From: Eledone cirrhosa
Taxonomy: Eukaryota
NCBI GenBank assembly: GCA_964016885.1
Contig: OZ024742.1
Location: 310,620,001 to 310,684,000, forward strand
DNA length: 64,000 nt
Reading direction: 5' to 3'
Within the stretch, counting starts at the first letter, position 1; each line of letters starts with the position of its first letter. The translations under genes were made by a program, and so were the position numbers. The notes below the pieces were generated by a model, which did not search any database, was not told the origin of the DNA, and saw only the letters and a program-made list of their open reading frames with translations. Shown piece after piece: positions 54,099-64,000 of the stretch.

Positions 54099-54671
54099 GA
54101 CTGCATATACACATGTATAGACACAGAAACATATGCACGTGTACACATATAAGTCAAAACATGCAGATCTCCACATACAATAATATCGATATCTGCACAA
54201 ACACTCACACAAAAACACATACAGATATACATACGTATTTATCTAGCTGATGTTGTCTAAATACCAATGAAAGAGTTTTGGGTCTATGTTAGAAACCGAC
54301 TCACTTTCTATTGGTGAAAATGTATAAAATAATAAAACCAGAAGAACATACATACTTACATACATACATACATACATACGTACATACAGATAGACATAAA
54401 TTCAGTATGTAATAACTGCATATACACATGTATAGTTACAGAAACATATGCACAGGGACACATGTAACTCAAAATATACAGATCCGCACATGAAATACCA
54501 CACAAACCTGCATAAACACACAAACACATACAAATACGTATTTATCTAGCTGAGGTTGTCTAGATTCCAATGAAAGATTCTTGTTTATATGTTAGACAAA
54601 CCGACTCTCTCTTTCTCTCCCCCCCCCCCCACCCCCGCTCTCTCTCTCTCTCTACTTGTGAACATTTAGAA

Positions 54672-55003
54672 AATAACTTCTACTTCTGGCACACGACCAG
54701 CAAATAACCCCAGTGCGTGACTGATACTTTATTTTTTTCGACCCAGTAGAGATGAAAGGCAAAGCTAATCTCGGCGGGATTTGAACTCAGAACGTAAAAG
54801 GCCATAAATCTAAAATAATTGTTTCTACTTTAGGCACAAGGCCAGCAATTACCCAGTACATTACTGGTACTTTATTTTATCGACCCCGTAAGGATGAAAG
54901 GCAAAGTCAACCTCGGCGGGATTTGAACTCAGATCGTAAAGGGACGTAACTATGCTGGAAAGCATGGCGTCCGACTCTCTACCGATACTGCCAATCCACC
55001 GCC
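54672..55003 (-). mobile_element. Young SINE-1 (54815-55003, TSD ccataaatctaaaataat) inserted at an older SINE-1
   Basis: 18-bp TSD; two SINE cores. Confidence 0.85.
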
Positions 55004-55129
55004 CATAAATCTAAAATAATATAACCAGAACATACACATTTACATACACATACATACATATTTACATAATACATACACACACACACACATACAAATATAT
55101 GTGCGTGTAAGTTGAAGCCCCATCCCTTC

Positions 55130-55420
55130 CAGTGACGAGTGTTCAGGCTATTCTATCAACAGAACAGCCTGAACGTGAAATTAAAGTGCCTGCAACAGAG
55201 CATTTCATAGACACGTGTAGCCTTTACGTAGTTTACATGGAGATTTAGCGTGAAACACCGTGTGATATAACTAAACCTTTTAATTACAGGCATAACTCAT
55301 TTTCCCCATTTGATTGAACTCGATCAGCAGGAAATAAAGTATCTTCCTCAAGGATGCAAGGCACCGCGAGGGATCGACCTCACGAATTTACGATCGTGAG
55401 CCGAACGCACTAACGATAAA
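55130..55420 (-). mobile_element. Old CORE-like SINE (related copy at about 18170-18400)
   Basis: cttcctcaagga core and tRNA-like head on the minus strand. Confidence 0.55.
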
Positions 55421-55529
55421 TCAAGCGTGGTACTGTTTAGATATGTTTTACGCTTTTATGCATGTATAGAGGATAAAGGATAAAAATCCTATAACTCCTT
55501 GTGGACTCGTGAGGCACAGTCATACGGCG

Positions 55530-55753
55530 TGTCTAGGACACTTTTAAACCTGGCGGAGCCCAACCCTTTCCAGGTCTGAACACAGCCGATTTTTACAATA
55601 GAGGAAGAATCGACCCCAGTACTGGACTGGTACTTTTTTATCGACGTCGATCAGATGAAAGGAAAAATTGACCACGGCGGGATTTGAACTTAGTACGCAT
55701 AATGAGGTGGGACGAATACGTAAAGTCTTAACGACTCAGCCAATTCACCGCCT
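55530..55753 (-). mobile_element. Old SINE-1 subfamily copy
   Basis: ggcgggatttgaact; tail like 395-520. Confidence 0.7.
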
Positions 55754-56845
55754 TATGGAAGTATATATAGATATATATAATTGTATAGGATCGATTAGTA
55801 ACATTTTCTTAAATGAAAATTATAGCAGGGTGTGAACACGCCCAGTCAGCTTAAAATAGGAAGACCACAATGAATAATAGATTTCTAATTACGTTGTGTA
55901 TATTATGCCTCGGGGAAGAAAACAACCCTGTTTCGCAAGGCAAGTTCTCGCTAGAGCCAAACACTAATGGATACAATCTCAAAGGACATCCTGTCACGTG
56001 GTTACACTAAGGGCGGGTATTTGATTGGAATCCTCAGCAGGTTTCGATCACCCACTGAATGAATCATAACTGAGCTGTCTAAGAGTGTCGGTGGTAATTA
56101 AAAAAAAAATAGTAACGCTAAAAATATAAAAATACAATTTATATAAACTTCTTGCCAGAAGCCATATCGGATGTGTACACCCACACAGAACATCATATTG
56201 GCTCAGTCGACAACCGGGTCTTCATGGGTATCAATCACCTATCAAAGGGGTGACGGGATGATGGCTGTTAAAGGACTAAGAACGTATTCACGATCGGTTG
56301 CGATGTCCCACAGCATTTGAGGCTGCAATATTTATGTTACATCTGGAATATGTAGCTGGCCTGGGGCTAAACATAAACAAAAACAAAAATCAACAAAAAA
56401 CGACAGCAAAACGACTGTAAATGTGAATTTAGCAAGCTATTAAATGTTCGGGAAGTGTAAAATTCACGATAACAAAACCGGGAAGGCGGTGTTTTCCTTC
56501 AAGCTGTGAAGGAAACCAAATGCATTCCCCCCACTTTCATTGTATGGATTACATCAGTAGTTCCAGTTCTTTTTACTAACACATGCTGTGCTTTGTATAA
56601 ACATAGACCTAAATACAAGTAAACACGCTATAGCTGTATGTGTAAATTCATATATATTATCGTACCTAAAGACATACATACATATATACATGCATTCATA
56701 CATACATACATATATGAATACATACATACAGACATACATACATACATACATACATAGACAGTGCATAAATATTTCCTCTAATATTGTATGCATTGTAACA
56801 CTTACGAATGCACAAACAAACGCATAATATACACATCCGCGAACG

Positions 56846-56897
<52 letters not shown>

Positions 56898-56904
56898 AAT
56901 ATAC

Positions 56905-56968
<64 letters not shown>

Positions 56969-57094
56969 GGAAGTTCAGCCTAATCGAAGCTCTGGCTGCA
57001 ACTAAGCTAACGAATGCAATCGGAGACAGTTTTACAAATTGAAGATTGCGACCGGTGATCCAGCCTCAGGGACCAAAGCAACAAGAAAACCGAC

Positions 57095-57213
<119 letters not shown>

Positions 57214-57217
57214 ATAT

Positions 57218-57409
57218 ATAGGAACCAGTAAGACCCCGACAGCTGAGCTCAAGCCGTTTCGACGGCTAATTCTGGACTGAATTAGCCGTCGAAACGGCTT
57301 GAGCTCAGCTGTCGGGGTCTTACTGGTTCCTATTACCCACTCTACTACCTCAAGTATTGAGTACTTTGGTGCGTTATGGTCCACCTGGTTCCTTACCACA
57401 TTTCCTTCG

Positions 57410-57411
<2 letters not shown>
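57218..57411 (+). mobile_element. Family A hairpin element
   Basis: Reverse complement of 3045-3237 with about 4 differences. Confidence 0.9.
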
Positions 57412-57487
<76 letters not shown>

Positions 57488-57498
57488 GTATATATATA

Positions 57499-57570
<72 letters not shown>

Positions 57571-57605
57571 GTATATATATATATGTATACATATATATAC
57601 ATATT

Positions 57606-58140
<535 letters not shown>

Positions 58141-58155
58141 CTTAATTCCGATCCT

Positions 58156-58208
<53 letters not shown>

Positions 58209-58605
58209 TACATACATATATAATATGTATGATAATCATGTTTCTCAATAAATAAGCTCAATGTTCCTTAGTTCAGAGCATCAATTATTTAAATTTGAAA
58301 GATATATGTAGAGAGAAAGAAGCATGTGTTGTTTGAGAATCACATACTATTCTGTACACACACACACACACATATAGAAAGAGAGGGCAAATAATATGCA
58401 AGAAAATATACATACTTTAAGATGGTAAAAAGTCATTTTTCCATACAGTGCTGTTTCATAGAAAGAACGAAGCAAAACCATAGATCTAAGTAATCAATTA
58501 TCGATTACCCAATATCGTTTTTGGTAAGGCATTGAAAGAAACCGTCTAATTATCAGTGGAAATGTCTTATTATATGTCACTCACTGTAAAATATATATAT
58601 ATATA

Positions 58606-58676
<71 letters not shown>

Positions 58677-58843
58677 CTCCCGGTGCTTTTGCATAGCTAC
58701 GGCTTTCTAAATGTTTATTTATAAACATATCGTATTTCTTCAGAAATACGAAATTACAATACATATCTGTATACGGCTGTGCTCGAAGCTAAATTCTAAT
58801 TCTATTGTATATAGCTATATCTATCTATCTAATATCTCTCTCG

Positions 58844-58881
<38 letters not shown>

Positions 58882-59667
58882 CCTCAGCATTCTCGTGTAG
58901 CACCCATCCACCATCTGAGTGAGTCTCTTGGTCAGTGTCCAAGTCTCAGACCCATACAGCAGCACAGACTCCACTACAGCAATGAAGAGGCGGATTTTCA
59001 GGTCTCTACTAAGGTCCGACTTCCACACCGATCTCAAGCTGTGACACGCCGCCCAGGCCTTGCTCTTCCTCTCAACCACATCATCCTCCGTATTCCCAAT
59101 CTTTGCTCCCAAATACAGGAAGTCCTCAACCAATTCCAGCGGCCTCCCGCCTACATTAGTGATCCCCTCTGGCTTCTCAACATTCTCTACCAGATATTTT
59201 GTTTTAGTCTCATTCATTCTCAGCCCCACACTCATCGACACAGTCTCAACCTCCCGCATCAAATCCTCTGCCTCCTTCACTGTATTTGTCACCAAAACTA
59301 TGTCGTCGGCAAATTCAGCATCCGATACCTTTTTCGCCCCAACTCTCCTGCTGAGGATGGCTCTGAACATTAATCAGTATACACTGAGGATGAAAAACAC
59401 AGAGCTGTATGGGAGCATCCCAAAAGTCAGCTCAAAAGTGACACAGAGGAGACTGAGATTGGCTGGACATGCTCACCGACATCCAGAGTTGACATTGCAC
59501 TCAGTGCTCCTTTGGGAGCCCCTACATGGACACACTAGAAGAGGAAGACCAAGGTTAACATATGTTGATGACTGGTCTGTTGGAGATGCAGGACATGGCA
59601 GCGATAATGAGGGACAGAGACCGCTGGAGAGAACTCGTCCATGGATCTCGGGAATTTTACCCGCCTT

Positions 59668-59672
<5 letters not shown>
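58882..59672. mobile_element. RTE-clade LINE with 5' inversion
   Basis: 58882-59352 minus and 59350-59672 plus, both collinear with 39350-40133. Confidence 0.9.
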
Positions 59673-61070
<1,398 letters not shown>

Positions 61071-61577
61071 AGAGAGATAGATAGATATATAGTGTGAGAG
61101 AGAGGGGGAGGGAGAGAGGGGGAGAGTGTGTGTGTGTATGTATGTGTGTGGTTTCGAAAGGTTTTACTTGTTATCCGGGCGTTCCAAGCCAATTGCTTCA
61201 TGGAGTCGTAGCTGCTGCAGATTATTATTAGATAGAAACTACGTAATATAACGGCTACGGCATCATACCGTCCGTAACAACCATACCAGTAATTGGTACA
61301 GATCGGTGATCGTTTTACCGGGAAATTTGGGATATAGTTTAGATGGACCGAGCTGAGCGGTTTGAGTTTCGTGAATGAGGTCGAATGTAGGTGTATAGCA
61401 TGTTTGCTTACTTTCGTGATTTGTTTTGGTTTAAAATGGGTGTATTTACGTTGAAGGTCAGGAAATTGGCGGTATTAGTTACATACACACCCGTACAAAC
61501 AAACATGCACATACATATAATATATATACATACATATATACATACATACATATATACATACATATATATATATATTC

Positions 61578-61628
<51 letters not shown>

Positions 61629-61743
61629 TGTTTATATATAAATACATGTTTATGCATTATGTGTATATATATATGTGTGCTTATGTGTGTGTGTGTGTGT
61701 GTGTATGTGTGTATGATACATATATACATATATATATTTATAT

Positions 61744-62621
<878 letters not shown>

Positions 62622-63574
62622 CACCAGAAAATGCATACAGTTACATAAGACGAACAACAGTTGTGTCTTCGCCTCGTCAGTCACCCTACTAGCAGTGCAT
62701 TTTTGTGCTAGTGCACCTGTGATGTTGGTTTGCACAAAATATCGGACGACCCGCCTCGCATGTGAAGCGAGAAAAAAAAAGAAAGAATGGATATGAATAT
62801 TTTACGGTTATCTTTCTACAAAAAGGGAGATAAATACGCACAAAATAAATGGACAACAAATAGTGCATGAATGCGTGTAACATGAGATGGTGGAAGAATG
62901 GAAAAATTGACTTCTGTCGATGAAAAGAAAAGGAACATGACCGCTGCTTCGCAGAGCTCCAGATTAAAAGAGACCAAATGGATTGCCTGGCGGTTGGACG
63001 AGGCAAACAAGCAAAATATAGTGGGATACATAAGTAAATATATTGTCCTCAATTATTTCAAAAGATTCAGAATCGGTCAGTCTATAAGGGCTCTTAATTT
63101 GATTTCATTTCCTCGCCTGAACACACACAAGGGAGTTTCTGTCTTGAAAATGGTGTGTGAATATTTAAGATATTCACACACCAATATATTTATATATCTA
63201 TTCGTATATTTGTGAGTTTGTCTATTTTCGCGTTGTTGTATATGTGAACATACGTGCGTATGCGTGGGTGTGTATGCTTGTGTATGTGTGACTATATGTG
63301 TTGTGTATGTGTGTGTGATTTTCTGTGCGCGGTCTAAAAGATAGATAAGTGTTTATATAGTCGTCTATATTTCTTGCTGCATACGCCCATGTCTACTGAA
63401 CATTATATCATGTTGAACCCCATCAGATAGATGTATGTACATGAGAGGGCGTAACTATTGGTCACATTTGCAAACAAGAGAACATATTTCAGTCAGAAAA
63501 TCTTTATTATGTATTATATCACGTCGATTGCCATGTTTGCTGCCCGTTCGCCTCTAAAAGTACCTTACGGCGTT

Positions 63575-63800
63575 TCTGTGACATTTTAAACCTGCTGGAG
63601 CTCATCTCCTCTTCAGGTCAGAATAGCGCAGATTCCTTCCAGAGAAGGATAGACAGTGAGAAAATGAAAGTGTGAAAGAGATATAAAAGAGGAATCAACC
63701 CCAGTACTTGATTGATACTGTTTTATCGACCTCGAATGGATAAAAGTCAATTTTTACCTCGTCAGGATTTGAGCTCGGGTTAGTAAGTTTTAAAATAATA
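63575..63800 (-). mobile_element. Old SINE-1 subfamily copy with long tail
   Basis: Similar to 395-600. Confidence 0.6.
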
Positions 63801-64000
63801 TCCTAACAACATCAGTACGAAATAACAGTACTTACTGCGAGATTTGCAGTAATTCCACAACCAATTCCACAACGCTAATCACTAATACTGCGTTGTCAGA
63901 GCTAGTGCGCGTACTTTTTACTAGGAGAGAACTAAAGCCGTTCGATGGGAACAAATGGTTGAGGTGTGCCGTGGCAAAAAAGCAACAATCCGGTCGTTGG

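Overview
AT-rich, microsatellite-dense animal genomic DNA with no recognisable host protein-coding exon. The repeat landscape resembles a cephalopod (octopus-like) intergenic or intronic region; that is inference only. Nearly all interpretable sequence is mobile DNA. It includes a near full-length, frameshifted L1/Tx1-clade LINE in an (ATT)n tract, R4/Dong-type restriction-endonuclease LINEs, several RTE-clade fragments (one with a twin-priming-type inversion), about 25 copies of a tRNA-derived SINE, a second CORE-like SINE, and hAT- and Tigger-like MITEs. The most striking signal is a dense population of Penelope-like element (PLE) termini inside (TA)n microsatellites. I count about 14 type-I hammerhead ribozyme motifs, three of them with a compensatory U3-A8 core. 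About 10 near-perfect fold-back palindromes have their symmetry centre in or beside a hammerhead or half-hammerhead, and copy-specific variants are mirrored in both arms. A GAGT(A/G)CT motif recurs 35-65 nt from the 3' end of otherwise dissimilar families. Almost all other ORFs in the track are microsatellite artefacts. All structures were read by eye; coordinates are approximate and no database search was run.
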